A stretch of DNA of 54,035 nucleotides, filler included, from Streblomastix strix (GCA_008636045.1; 3 parts of 3 records of this genome joined end to end with filler, not necessarily neighbours in it); one strand, 5' to 3'; positions 31,171 to 45,700 are shown, numbered from the whole stretch's first letter. A program made the numbers and translations. The notes: generated by a model not told the origin, from the sequence alone.

Positions 31171-32900
31171 TCATTTTTCTTAATCAGTGTTCTAATGTTT
31201 ATTAGTCTAGTTTGAATCTTTATTTTGTTTATTTCCACTTTAATTACCTTTATTATTCTTTCTCTTATTCTTTTTCCTACCCATTCCAGATGAGTCTTAG
31301 TTTTAGACATTGTTATTATGTACATTATTACTACTATTATTTCTTTATTTATGATTATGATTAAATGATGGTGCTGTAGCATGTGGATGTTGATATTAAT
31401 GATGTCTTTAATTATGGAATTATTATTATTAATTCATTGATTTCAATTATTATTATTTTTATTTTTACTACTGCTGTTACTTTTATTGATTCTCTTGCAT
31501 ATCATAAAATGTATAAGGAATTGTAGGTCCAATATTATCTTTCTTTTCATTCTAAATATTATTCATTCTCTCCCATTTAAGATGATCATAATGCAATTAT
31601 CTTTGTTATACATATTAATAGAATGAGTAAGGATCATTTGAAAATGTTGAAGAAGAAATACCATTTCTATTATTATCATCATTCATTGATTAATATTGAA
31701 TCGGAAATGGATTATAAAGATCAAAACAAATTTTCATTGAATTTAATTCGTTCTCCATATTTTCCAATTAATCTTTTATACCAAATTCTTCATTATATTA
31801 TTATTTATTATTATCAAGACTATTATTCATATTATAATCCTCTTATTTAACCTATATATCTTATGAATTATTATTATCTGTTACTCTACTATTTGGATTA
31901 TAAATTCCTGTCTTTGTCAACCATTCAATTCCAACCAGTTAAACATTATCATTTGGATTGAAACAAGACGGAAGTTTGCTTTTTTTTATATTATTTACTC
32001 TTTTGTTTGTTTGGTTCTCTTTTTCTTCAATTTCAATTCCATCTTTATTTTAATCCTTTTACATATTTTATTCTTCCATTTTAATCATTTAACTGAATTC
32101 TTCATCATAATCATCGCATTCATCTCTCTCATTTGTATAGTTACTTACAGCAGCCATAATAATTCCTTCAGTTTCACCTCTTCTCTTTACAAATATATAT
32201 TCTCCTGCATTTAGATATGAAAATGAATTCAAGATAAAAGATGCAAATAAAGACGTTCGTGTGGGATTGAATCCAGTGGATAAAGAAAATAGGTTGTCAT
32301 TTTATTATTAAAGTTATTATGAAATAGAAGATGAAAATTATTACTATTTTTATCTTGATTAACTATTTTATTAGTATTGACCTCCAATATTTTTCTATTC
32401 TTTCCCATTTCCTATAATTCCATCAGCAGACATAATCTCAACATTATTTAATTACATATTCAAAGCATTGATATGAAATATATGAATTTCAGTTGATCTG
32501 TCCCTATCATATATTTATGGGTTGATTTTACGACTTTTAATTATCTGAGATTAAGATTAAGATTATTAAAAAGTTTGATTAGAAGAAGAAGATGAAGATG
32601 ATGATGATTAGATTAATTCATCGTTGTTAATATTCTTCTGTACGTGGCCTTCATTTTCATCTTTCTCTACTATTCTTTCTTCTCCAATCTATTATTTCTT
32701 ACTTTATTGTTCATTTATCATTATTAATTTTTTTTTAGTTTAATGAATAGAAGAAGAAGATAGTTTAGACCAAATCTTTATCATCTCTGGAGGAGTTAAC
32801 AAAGATTACGATTATTGTATCGTTTGAGGTATTGGGAGGGAAAGGAATGAAGATTAAGATTATAAGTCAATAGAATTTAGTTAATTAGAAGAGTTTTTTG

Positions 32901-32996
<96 letters not shown>

Positions 32997-35996
32997 AAGG
33001 AGAAGTGAGAAGTGGATATTCTAATTTAACAACAATTTCAACTGGAACCACAACTTTGGGAATGAAAGAAGATGAATGTACTTATTAATATGAAGATGAT
33101 TATGAAGATGGTTTAGATGAATAATAAGGTAATTAATATGAAGATTATGGAGCAATAATTTAAGATTATGGAGTAATAATTTAAGATTATGGAGTAATAA
33201 TTTAAGATTAATCATTAACTTTTTTATTTTCTAATATTATATCCAATTATTTATTCATAACATTCTCAATTTCTTCTTCTTTTTCTTCATCTTTTTCCAT
33301 CAATTTTTCTCTTTATATTTCATTTTCATTTTATTTTTCATTTTCATCAATTCTTGCTTCTTCAAAATCTAAATCTTTTATCATCAATTTATCACCATTT
33401 TCTTTTTCTTCATCAATGTCATCAATTTCACCTTCTTCTTAATCTTCTTCTTCTTTCTATTTATTATCTTTATTTTCATTCTTTTCTTTTTAATCATTAT
33501 TCTTTTCTTTGTTAGAATATTCAGGTTATTCGTATATAATATTTGATTTATTTATTTCTTCATTTTAGTTTAAATTATCATCACCATAATATAATTATTA
33601 AAAAAAATTATGTTTCTCTTTCTTCTATTTATCTAATTCTTTTTTATTTTTAATTTCATCTATTTTAAGTTATTTTTATCTCTCTTCCTCTTTCATAATT
33701 TTGATTTGTCTTTCTTCTTATTCTTAATCTTTCATCATTTATAAAACCTCAAAAAATGTTTAGTTCACAATTATTGCATTGGGTGGAGCAAGCTATTCAG
33801 GAGAATAAATAGTATTTTGACTGATTTATTATTATTCATTATCTTATTTACTTAACTGATTTTTGTTATCTTTATCTTTTTCTTCAGTTTTCCATTAATT
33901 GAAGCCTTTTTAATTCTCTTTTCTTTCAATAATACCATGAATTCTAGATCTAATTAACAAATGATGAAATCCCAAAGATACACCTTCGTAAACAATATTA
34001 TCTTTATTTAAATAATCTCTAATATCAGAATTGAAGTATATTTACTTGTCAGAAGGTGTATGAATAGATTATTAATCTAAAGAAGATGAATTAGATGATT
34101 ATGAATCTGAAGATGATAAAGAAGAAGATGATGAAGATGATAAAGAAGAAGATTAATCTGAAGAAGGTGGATATTATAAATGAGATAATTATATTAAAGG
34201 TGGAGAAGTAGGAGGTGATAATAATTATTCTTATTCTTAAATAGATGATGTAATTTATAATGGAAATTCAGTTTATTTATCTTTATTTTCATTTTATTCG
34301 TCTGATATTTATTTATTTTGTTCAATTTCTTAATTTATCACTTTTGTATCTTCTTTCTTAATTTTCTTATTTTTAATTATTTTTTTATGAAAATTTTCTT
34401 TATTTTATTCATCATTTTCATCTGTATCTGAATCTTTCTCAATTAACTTATTATTCTTTCTTAATAATTTAACAGTTTTAATTTTTTCTTTCGTTTTTCT
34501 TTCTCCTTTTTATTTTTGTTGTTAATTTCTATCAATATCTTTTTCCATTTATCTATTTTTCTATATTTTTACTTTATCGTCTTTCTTATTAATATTATTA
34601 TTTTATTTATCAATATTTACTTTCATATCAACCATCTCTTTTCTTCCTTTCTTTGTCTTCTTCCCTTTAATTTCCTATTCTTATTCTGGTTTTGATTCCT
34701 TCATAGTTATTTAGATGGATTCTTCCTAATCTTCCTTCTTTTATTTCTCTTTACTCTATTTTCTTTTTATTTTATTCTCTTCATTTTTGATTTCTTTTTA
34801 TGTTTCATTTTACTATTATACAACCTTTCTCTCGTTTCTTCTTAATAGTCTTTTTCCTCTCAAATCTTTTTCTTAATTTTCCTTATCAACATTTACGTCT
34901 TAATTCTTCAATAAATTAATTGGCAATGGAGGAGGTTCTGGTATTTCTTCTTCATTCCAATTAACTTCAGTTTAATTCCATCTTATTGTTTTTAATTATG
35001 ATTAACCAGAAGATTAATTTTTCGTATTTTTAGTATTACCTTATGATTAATAATTTAATTCAACTTTTTTCTCTTTCTCATCTTCTTCATCTTTATATTC
35101 TCCTTCTTCTTCTTCTTCATCATCATCACTTCTTTCTTTATTATCACTATCAATATTATCATCATAATATATAATATTATTCTTATATGTATCTTTAATA
35201 AGAAATTGAAGTTGTTTGGGAATAAATTGATTTATTTTCCTAATTTTTGTACGTTTGAGTGAAAATACTTCATCATCTTCTTCTCTCTATTAATATAATT
35301 CATTTTCTGTATCACTAGTATCAGTATCATCAATGGATTCATTATCAAATTGATAATATTAGTTCATATTTTCTGACCTGTTTTATTCATTATTAATAAA
35401 ATCATTATTCAATAAGTATCCATCATCAAATTTTTAACCATAGATTTATTTGGATTCATCTTTTTCCAAATAAATACCATTATCAAATTATTGGTATAAT
35501 TATTTATAAAATTAATTATCAATTAATGGTATTGACAAAAACGATGAATTTGATTAAGTTTAAGATAATAATGAATGATTAAGTGATAATAGTTATGTAG
35601 GAGTTAAAATTTAAGTTTTTTCTTCATCTTTCTCTTTTTATCTATTTTATTCTTTTTCCAACAAAATTCTATTCTCTTATTCCAACATTTATTCAATTTC
35701 CGCTTACAAAGCATATTACTATTGATGTTCATCCTATTCTTAATCATAATCATCTTCATGATCATTTTATTAATCATTGTATTAATCATTATAATTATTA
35801 TCATCATCTTCTACCTCATCTGTTTTCTTTCTTTAAATTTTATTATTATTCTTATTATTTTTTTTATTCTTCTTTTGTTTCGATGATTAATCATTTGATT
35901 TCTTCATAACATTCTCAATTTCTTCTTCTTTTTCTTCGTCTTTTTCCATCAATTTTTCTCTTTATATTTCATTTTCATTTTATTTTTCATTTTCAT
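31171..35996 (-). CDS. Large low-complexity (E/K/Q/N/D-rich) hypothetical protein, 5'-truncated by contig end
   Basis: Single TGA-free frame of about 1600 codons ending at TGA 31171-31173. Ordered islands such as VYEGVSLGFHHLLIRSRIHG, LLTPPEMIKIWSKL, EIHIFHINALN, YLNAGEYIFVKRRG lie between low-complexity tracts; family not recognised. Confidence 0.75.
32902..32994 (-). repeat. (TAA)31 microsatellite encoding poly-Gln
   Basis: 31 perfect TTA units on +, in frame as TAA codons in the 31171-35996 minus-strand ORF. Confidence 0.95.
33141..33210 (-). repeat. 21-bp coding tandem repeat x3.3 (QSQIITP)
   Basis: AAGATTATGGAG(C/T)AATAATTT repeated at 33141, 33162 and 33183. Confidence 0.9.
35903..35996. 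repeat. 94-bp intragenic dispersed repeat, copy of 33254-33347
   Basis: One mismatch; offset 2649 nt (in frame); sits at the contig end. Confidence 0.9.
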
Positions 35997-36096
35997 NNNN
36001 NNNNNNNNNNNNNNNNNNNNNNNNNNNNNNNNNNNNNNNNTTAATTAATTAANNNNNNNNNNNNNNNNNNNNNNNNNNNNNNNNNNNNNNNNNNNN
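35997..36096. other. Artificial contig-joining spacer (N44-TTAATTAATTAA-N44)
   Basis: Same 100-nt structure as the first spacer. Confidence 0.97.
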
Positions 36097-36831
36097 ATCA
36101 ATAGATAATAATCATTACTCATTCAAACTGAATAAGAAACAGTCAATCAAATTAATTATTCAACCCCAACTGTTCATCATCCCACACTCTTAACAGCTCC
36201 TACAAACACATTATATAACTAATATAATTTACAAAATGATGCATAAAATTAATAATAATCATAAATTAATTATATTTCATAGGATTCTTCTATAATACAT
36301 TCTTTCAATTCTTAATAACAATAAAAAATCTAATAAACTAAATAATAATCTATTTTACCTCCAATCCCCAAATATATTATTAAACTTAGCTCTAAATTAA
36401 GCAATGTTTATGATAAAGATCGTTTATAAACATCAAAATCCTTAAGTTTATCTTAAACTGTAAAACAAGAATAGTCTTCATTAAATAATTCATTTCAAAC
36501 TCAAAATTCTTCTTTAGTTAATTCTCAGTTAAATAATAAATAATAAGATAATAATTTTGATATTATTCATAGTTCTTCTTAATAACAATATTCAAATTCT
36601 AATAAATAATCATAAATATAATAATAGTTACTGTAAGAGACAAGTTCCTAGATTAGCTCTTATATTGAAAAAGATAAATATAATACAAATGATTCTCCAC
36701 TTCATCTGTCTGGTCTTAATTTATCAAATCCTAATGTTTAATAATCATATTAATAAAGATAGTTTCTGCTATAATAACAATAACTATAATATGAAAATTC
36801 TTTATTTTAGAATCAATAACAATTTCCTTTA
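36097..36831 (+). repeat. 735-bp direct repeat, copy 1 (copy 2 at 53025-53759)
   Basis: Offset 16,928 nt; about 13 substitutions counted by eye, no indels. Confidence 0.95.
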
Positions 36832-39800
36832 CTTATATATAATCGTCCTCCATATAGGCGCAAATTGTGTCTATTCATTGTATTTTTATATTAGAATGCA
36901 AATATAAATACTTAAGAATCTATCCAAGATTAGTAATAATATTATTCTTAATTACTTTCATCTTCAAAACGTAAATAAGATGATACAATTCCGCAATAAT
37001 TATAATTAGAGAATATATCTGTTGTAATGAAATAATTTCCTGAGAATAGAAATTAGTCATAAGTTTTGACATAATCATAATTAAAATAAGATTTTTTCTA
37101 GTCTGATATTTCTATTAATTAATAAAAGATATTGAAAATTCCATCAACTTAATTTTCTCCAAGATCAAGCTCTAACTCTTAATAATCAAATATAAGAAGT
37201 TAATCCCCAACTTTAAATTAACATTCAATTAGCATAACACTTCCATAGCAATTATCTTCTCATTAAAAATAGAAATAAATTCGTAAATCTCTGAAAATGA
37301 TGTAAAATCAAACCAATACAAGGAAAAATTTATACACATATTTCTTAAGATGGTATTTCTATTCACTCAACAAAGCATAATAAAAGGAAAAAATCAGCCG
37401 CATTGTGAAACATCACTGCATAATGATCCTTCGTCGAGCATTCTCTATTATCGAATCAATTACAGAGATCAAACGAACAGAAAAGGCCTTAGTCACACAT
37501 ATTGAAACAAACAGAAGACATAATTTAATTTTGAGATCATTCAATCAATTTAAGGACAATTGGAAGTAAGAAAAAGCTGGGCGTCAGTGGAATGGACAAG
37601 TTGGTTAAATTATATCATAAATTCAATTGTTATAAAGAATGAATATAATGCAAAATGTATTAATTAATGGATTTATGGCTTATAAGAATTAGAAAATAGA
37701 TCGAAGAGAATCAAATTAGAAAGCAAGATCTTGGAGAGAATAAGAGTCGCTCTTGCATTTTTATTTCAGAATATGGCAAGATAGATATATAAGACTATGT
37801 CATGAAAGAAGAGATCTAAGAGAAGATGCAATATATTGTAGAAAGGAGAGAATATATGGGAATGTATTTAATTGGTGGAGAAGATTGTCTAATTCAAAGA
37901 TTAGAAGAAGAGAATTACTCTTAGAAGGATATGAAACAATAGTTAAACTGCCACAAATGAATAAAGTATTCATTGCTTGGGCTGGATGGACATCTTAAAT
38001 AGTTGGTTTTAAGAAGATGCAAGCTCGTAGTGTTATAAGGAGATAACAAGAAGATAAAGAATATACTCAAGATTATTTAATTGATATATTTATTCAATGG
38101 AGAGATGTATTAGTCAGAAGAAAGAATTATATTAATAATAAAATTAAAGAAGGCGTTGGATTAAAATAGAAAATTAGAATTGAGAGAGACATTTTTAATG
38201 TATGGAAGGATTATTCTTAATACAAAAATGGATTGAAAAAAATTAAAAAATTGCATTGGGATATTAATCAGCAAAAAAGATCTACGAATATAATAAATGA
38301 TTTAATAAGAAAAGTTAAAGAAAATTCATATATAACAACAATAGATAAACCAGATGAAGTTCAGAATAGCAGAGATTCCAAATTAACACTTGAAGATTTG
38401 GGAGATTCAATAATCTCTAATCACAAATTTATTAAAGTAAGAAAAGTTAATGAGAAATAGAATTAATAAGAAACCAAGATTTCACTTCCAGAGATTCCTT
38501 AGTCAATTTTTGCAGTTAGTGTTGGATCAGGAAATGCATTAAATACTATTAATATATAAAGTACATTTCAATAATTTAATGATAATAAATGGATTTAGAG
38601 TTATGATGATGATTATAATAATAATAACATTCCTAAAGGAAATAATAGAAGGAAAGCGTATTAGATTCTTCATTCGTGGATATTAATATATTTTTCGGTT
38701 TTATTTTAAAGGAAGAGAGTTGAGCGTATTATTATGAATAACTGGAGAGAATATTCAATATTCAAGAAAGAAATTAAACTGAATATGTAATAATTTTAAA
38801 TATAAATGAGTTAGAGAAATAGATAGACAGTTGAAATGAATGTATTAAAGTAGTGGTAAGATCTTTATTTGAAATCAATATAAACTTAGCAAAAGGAATT
38901 TAATTTAAATTAGAAATATGAATAGAAACTATAATCTGATGTATTTTAAGAATGGTTCTAAATAACTAATAAGAGAAAACAATTGAAGAATAAACTAAGG
39001 TTGGCTCATAAGAATCCTCGGATTGGCACAATGCTATTAACTTAAAAAATAATAATTAATTGGAACTAATATATGAAGATGAAGAAGAATCTTAAATAGT
39101 TAAATAAGCAATTTATTCCTTAAAGAAATAAGTAGAGAATTTAAATCAACTTTATTGGATGGAGATAATAAACATCAAAAGTGTTGCAAAGGAAAAGAAA
39201 GAAGATGAAAGATGCTTTTCTTGCTTGGAATAAAATTATTATTCAAAGAAAGAAATCAAAAATGAAAAACATTGAATTAGAAATTCGTAGATAAGTAGTG
39301 ATATGTCGAATATTTATGAGAACATTGCGTGATAAATCAAAAAAGAATAAGAAATAGAAATCAGAAATTAAATAAATGAACGATAAAAGAAAAAGAAAAA
39401 TTCTTATTTTAGCATTTTTTTGCTGGAGGGAAATCTCATAGTTTCAAATTGCAATAAAGAAGAATTTGAATCAAATTAAGAAACAGCGCTCAATTGAAAG
39501 AGCAAAACCATAATTTAGGATTTGGCACAATCTCACATTTGATACTATAAGACATTAAGAAATACAATCAAAGAAGATAAAATTACTTGCAAAAGTTTTC
39601 AATCATTGGAAATATCACACAAGCAGAAAACATGATATGAAAATTTTATTTAGCAAATAACAAAATCCAAACATGAATGATTAAGAATAATAATCAGTAT
39701 CTCCATCTCCTGAAAGAGGACCAATTAATATAAATTAGATAAGATTGAGAATAGAAGAAAGAAATAAAAGAATGTAACAGTAATAGATTGATATTCAACC

Positions 39801-40671
39801 AAGAATAGTCCCTGGAAGTGGATCTAATTTTGTTCATATTAGACAGATGCGAATTATTACTCCATATTTTGACTAATGGAGGAAATTGACTCCGATTGTG
39901 ATACATTATAGACATTATATATTATTGACAGCATTTAAACATTGGAGAGACTACTTTCTAGGTATAATGAAAGAAAGAAAGAGATTAAGATTAGCTTGTG
40001 AATAAAGAAAGATGTAGATTCAATTCAGAAACTAAAAATCTATTTATAGATAGTGGATAATGATTACATGTGCATCAAATGTTTATTATGAGAGACTTTT
40101 AGAGATTGGATGGAATGGAATAGCTTTGTATCACGAATAGTGTCAGGCGAAGAGAAATAGACTCAAATCCATAACAAATATTCTATAAATTCGAATGAAC
40201 TTATATCGTCTAAAATTAGCATTTCAACGACTTATTCAAAACTAGCAATAGAAAAAGAGGGAAAAGATTATTTTAAAATGGGAATAATCTATAGAACGAT
40301 TTTAACGCATTACCGACACACGATAAAAAAGTAAATCATTTCGTTCTTGGCATGTTTATTATTCATAATAGAGGATATTCCGTTTAAAAGGAGATTAATA
40401 TCGAAGATAGAAATTACTTTAATTACACCTCAAAAAGTGGAGATCATTTGCTATTGAGAAGAGATAAAGAAAAAATAAATAAAATTTAGCTGATGCACAT
40501 TATAAGAGATATATGCTATATGTTGCTTTTCAAAGATTTCACGAACGAGCAAAGCAACAGAAGATTCTTTAAAAACGAATGCCTGTCCTAGAATAATAGC
40601 GAAAAAAAATTCGAATGAAACAATTATATCAAGCATGGAAAGAAAAATATGAAGATCATGATCAAAATTGA
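36097..40671 (+). CDS. SFI1: SFI1-like centrin-binding repeat protein, 3' part
   Basis: TGA-free frame of about 1525 codons with many basic helical repeats ending F/LxxW(K/R) (e.g. LLHFYFRIWQ, IYGNVFNWWR, ILILAFFCWR, ILLTAFKHWR, LLQLHLKKWR), the Sfi1 consensus; TGA at 40669-40671. Confidence 0.8.
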
Positions 40672-41005
40672 AGTTTAAATTTAAATTACACACTTCATTT
40701 TATTATCAAATATTCATTTCATTCTACGATTTTATTTGTATTTGTGTCCAATAACGTTATAATATAATTAATATGACAATTATACATACCATTAATATAT
40801 TGAATATTATTTTAAACTCTAAGTATCTCCTCTATTTTATGTTCTACAAAAACATAGTTTTTTTACTCTTATTTAATATAATTTAACATTTTTTACTATT
40901 ATATATTTTATGAAATATTATTTTAATATAAATAAAATCGAAATTTTTAATTTTATAAATATATATAAGCACAAAAACGAGTTTGAAACATTTTTTTATT
41001 AATTC

Positions 41006-41840
41006 ATGTAAATCATAATGATTGAGCATTACTATGTTTAGACTCTTGCTTTTATTTAATATACATTAACAGCTAAATTCATTAATACACTTCATGTGTC
41101 ATTTCCCTATATTTAACTTTCAATTATTTCTTTTATTTATCACAATTTTTCATTTATTTAAGTTTTTTTTAAAATTTCAATAGTATGCACATATTAATTA
41201 ATTTAAACCTAGTTCTACACCGAGTTCAACCCTTGTTGCACTTAGAGAATATGACATGAGTATTCTTCGTGGCATAATACAGAATGTTCTTATAGGAGTT
41301 GGAATAACACTTTTCACATTCTTTAAAAGCAAGAAAGTTAATTAAATGATATTCTAAATTGCCTTTGCTCCATTCAACTTAATACGCAACAATCTTTTTA
41401 AAGCGCACATATTACGATCCGATATTGAAAGACCTTTCCCTTAATCAGGAATGTAGAAATTTATGGCAGATTTACTTGGAAATGCATAAGAATAATTGAA
41501 TTAAGCACAAGGACAAGGACAAGGATAAAGCAGTTCATCTTCATCCAAGCCAAAGAAAAAGAAAGGATCAAAAGCTCCAGAACTGAAAGGTCCACTAGCT
41601 GTAGTTGGAAAACTTCTTAATTAAGAATCCGGTAGTACTGTCCTTACGCCAAAAGAAGCTATTCAAAAGTAGTAAAAATAACAAATGGAATCATCTAAAC
41701 AAGGAAAAGGAAAGAAATCGAATAAAGAACATGGAAATGCAAGTGTTGGAGGTGCAAATTCAAAAGCTTCAGGTTTACATGCACCAGCTAAATCAGCAAA
41801 TCAAAAAATTTCAGACCGAAAAAAGCGAAAGAAGCATTGA
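41006..41840 (+). CDS. PHO88: PHO88/SND3-family membrane protein with Lys/Gly-rich C-terminal tail
   Basis: Exon from 41184: ALREYDMSILRGIIQNVLIGVGITLFTFF...QMIFQIAFAPFNLIRNNLFKAHIL..DIERPF resembles the Pho88 EYD...HL..KRPF core; TGA at 41838-41840; first exon tentative. Confidence 0.7.
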
Positions 41841-42320
41841 TACTCAAACTATTTTACTATATAAATGCTTTAATAATTTAATAAAGAGTTTAAATAATCA
41901 TCAAATGATTGAAGTATTTGCTATGCATATAAGTGAAAATAAACCCGAAAGAAAATTATTAGAAACCGTAATATAACCTTATAATCGATAAAATATTAGG
42001 CTCAATAAAATTTAACTAACATATTTAAATATATTCTTACTTTTATTTTGTTAAATTTAGCATCTTATGCACTGTTCATGACTTCAAATCATTTTTTCGT
42101 TATAACGCTTAAAACACACAAAATAAGATGAATTTTATAGTTTCATTGATTCAATTATTATTTTTTATTTTTTTTCAACCTAATTTATACAAAATATAGA
42201 TAAAATAACAACACATTATTCAATAAAAGAGATAGATTAATAAACAGAACGAATAATTCTCTTCCTACTTACTTATTCTTTTTTCATTTTTTACTTTTTT
42301 TGTTTTCTTTTCAATTGTAG

Positions 42321-42638
42321 TACCACATCAGAATGTTATACGACACTAAATCGCAGTTTTATCGTTTGCAAAAATATTTTATAAATTTAGATTGTTATTC
42401 TGTATTACTTCTGTTCGTAGGCACTTTTCTCTCACAATCTGGTCCTTCTGTGTATGATTCATTCGTTTTTTAACTTCTCAATTATTATTTGTATTATAAT
42501 AGTGATTTATAGAGAGCTTACCACATGCTTCAGGAGTATAAAGCGCATGAAAGTAAACCAGAAATTGAAAAAACTGAAATTGAAAAAACCGAAATTGAAA
42601 AAGAAAAAGAAGCACCGAAGGCTGGCGATACAGAATGA
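42321..42638 (+). CDS. Small hypothetical spliced protein ending in EIEKT repeats (start uncertain)
   Basis: Last exon RAYHMLQEYKAHESKPEIEKTEIEKTEIEKEKEAPKAGDTE-TGA(42636-42638), preceded by a gtatg...tatag intron and short GC-richer segments. Confidence 0.4.
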
Positions 42639-42745
42639 CTAATTACAGTTAAAGCATGAGTGTATAAATAAACAATATAAATATCATTAAACAATAAAGG
42701 ATTGAAAATATTTCATTATATTATGACCCTCTTTATTAACTCATT

Positions 42746-45700
42746 TCAACAATTAATTGTAATGGTTTGGTTGCAGAAAGGGCATTCGGGCTTAAGCGAG
42801 ATTGATTGAAGTCTATGCAAACAATAAGCACAAAGGAGATGAGAATTCGTACAAATAGTTTCAGTTGCCTTATGTGTGAAGCAAATTTCACAAATTTGTA
42901 CCTAGTCAGAATTTTCTTAAATATTCTTCATCTATTTTCTATCAGAACCAATTCTATCAATAAAGCACTTGAAAGCAACAAGTACTCTATTCTCATATTC
43001 TATCTCATCTGTTATTTCACGGACTTGTAGTTCATTTGCACACGAATTTCTAATAGTCCACTACTATTTCGCCCATAAATACACTTTTCCCATTGTCTGT
43101 ATGTTTAATGATGAGTCTGAGCATATATGAATAAATTACTCTCCAAAATCTGTGCTTTCAATCTTTTCACTCAAAGTTCCTATTTGAAATGCTAAGTGGC
43201 TGATCAGTGAGATACAAGGTGAAATTAGCATTGGGATACTTTGCATCATTATTTGAGTCCATACTGCCTCTCTAACAGGTCGCTAAATGCCTGTCCGTTC
43301 CCCACAAAATGTGAATATTGCGCTTATTAGATCAAGAATGATTGGTAAATTAAGAATAGCTTTAGTTTTAACTGCTTATTAATCATTTAGGCCTAAAATA
43401 TACGGAGCTTTTCCTGCTATTCCTTCAATAATTCTTAATATAGCAGCAAGAGTTTCAACTAACTAATGCTGCTTCAGTTCAACATGTGACCATTCTATTG
43501 AATCGAATGCCTCATTCATTGTATTAATTCTTCCTTCAAGTGAAACGAGACTTGTTAATAGTCCATGTCCTTAATTTAATATATATTTTATAAGTCTCAT
43601 AGTTAATGGAGTTGGAATTTACTAATCTGTTTTAATATCATTTTCATTGATTGTTAGCTCAGATATAAATGCATTCCATATTTTATTTGGTGTGCGAATG
43701 CATTGTTCAGTTGAGTAATTCAGTGGTGTTGATAATAAAAGTGGTTTATAAATACGAGAAGAAGGGGAAGTACTTTATGATGACGATGCAAATACTGATG
43801 AAAGAATAAAAAGATTCCGAATTTCATCACATCTTCCTATGATTCTTCGAGATAATATCCTCAATTCATCTTAATTAAGATTTGGTTGTTAATTTGAATA
43901 TTTTTCTATTCCTTATTCGAATTATTAGTAAGAGTCAAATGAATGTGTTATTATCATTAATAATAAATCTTATAATATAGAATGTGCACTAGTACTACTC
44001 ACTTCTCCAGATTTATTCAATTCATAGGGACCTTTAGTAATTTAATCATATGGAACATCAATTAAATATGAATAGCATCTAACTGCAGATAATGAAGCTG
44101 TTCGTTAAAGAAGTTCTTAACTTTTTGAATCTTTATTTAATGTATGAGATTATAAAACACGTAATGTTGCGATTGTGGAAGCAACTTTTACATAGAATAC
44201 AGGAATATATTAAAAGTCTGGCATATTTGAACCTTAGTTATTTATATAATTATCAAACTGAAGCATATCCAAAGTTATTTCCCAAAGAGAATTAAGATCT
44301 TTATTTAATAAAACACCAGAAAATGGTGCATATTCATTAATCAAAGTACGAAATAGTTATTTTGCACCTCTGATTGATTATTCTGCTTCAAATTACAATT
44401 AATCTGCTGATAACATTGTTTCACTCTGTGTAATCAATTATAGGCATTATTAGTTTTGAGTTAAAGATGAAGTTTGTTGGTTTGTAGATGAAATGATTGA
44501 TTTTGAAGTGGATGCATTTTAGAGATATTCTGATTATTGTTAATTTATTTAATTTTCTAATTATTAATTCTTCAAAGATGATTTCTATAATTAGAGCAGA
44601 TCATCATTCATTTGTTTATTTATTTTCAAAGCAGTATAATTTTCTAACGATATAGCGCGTCCATTTAAATAAGCCGCATAAGACAATTGAATATTTCGAA
44701 TTGCAGGAGGAAGAGTAAGTGCAAATAAATAAATAGAGAAATCAGTCAGTAGAGACAAACTCCTTTCTGTAAGATGAAGATATTAATTTGGATACCATAA
44801 CTATTAAACCCAATGTTTCATTTATTTTTATTAATATTCTTCATTACTAGAAGAATATGCTGTAATTGATTAATCTGATGTACATTTATATTCTTGGGTA
44901 TATTGAGAAAGATTTTATTCATTTAACTCTTCATTTCTCTTGTTAATTATATTTTCTTATTAAGTTAATCCTTTTAATCGACCTAGAGTTGATTTTGTTA
45001 ATATATTTGGTACAAGAGAAAATGATGTTTGAGAAGATTTATCTATTACAAATTTGTATATATTATTTGATTCTATATTCAAATATTTCTAATTATTTTC
45101 ATTGAATTTATTTCCTCTTCGAATGGACCTCCACAGAGCAATTGATAATCCTAATGCTGCATTTGGACTAGGTTAGCGTAATAGGAGTTTGAGAAAGATT
45201 GATTTTATAATAATAAAATTGGGTAATGCATTTTATAGGATAATTGAAATGATTTTTGAATTAACAGTATGAAGTGTTTCTAAATAGAGCGAGCTTAGCG
45301 GAAGAAGATTAAATATAAACTGTTGCTTTGAAATATAACTTTATTTTTTATTATATTTCTCATTTATTTTATATTATTTCAGTATTATTTTACTCATTTG
45401 AGATTGAGGTGTTTAAATTTATATCCAATTTTCATCAGAATCGTTAAAAGTTTGTTTTATTCTGCTATTAACTTAATCTTTTAAATTCTAATTTTCAAAA
45501 AGAAATTGATTCTCTTTTAATTAATCATTAAATAAATCTAATTGTGGATAATTAAAATGATTAAGTGATGATTAATGAAGTATTTCCATTGTATTTAATG
45601 AGAATATTGTAGAAAGATAAGGATAAGAAATTGACTAATGTTAATTATTACTAATTTATTTATACTATATCTTAACATTATTTATATCTTCTTAAATACT

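Noticed and set aside
14185..40671. Apparent cluster of flagellar/centriolar genes (IFT139, WDR90, SFI1)
   Set aside because: They lie on three different contigs joined by artificial spacers, so adjacency is not biological evidence.
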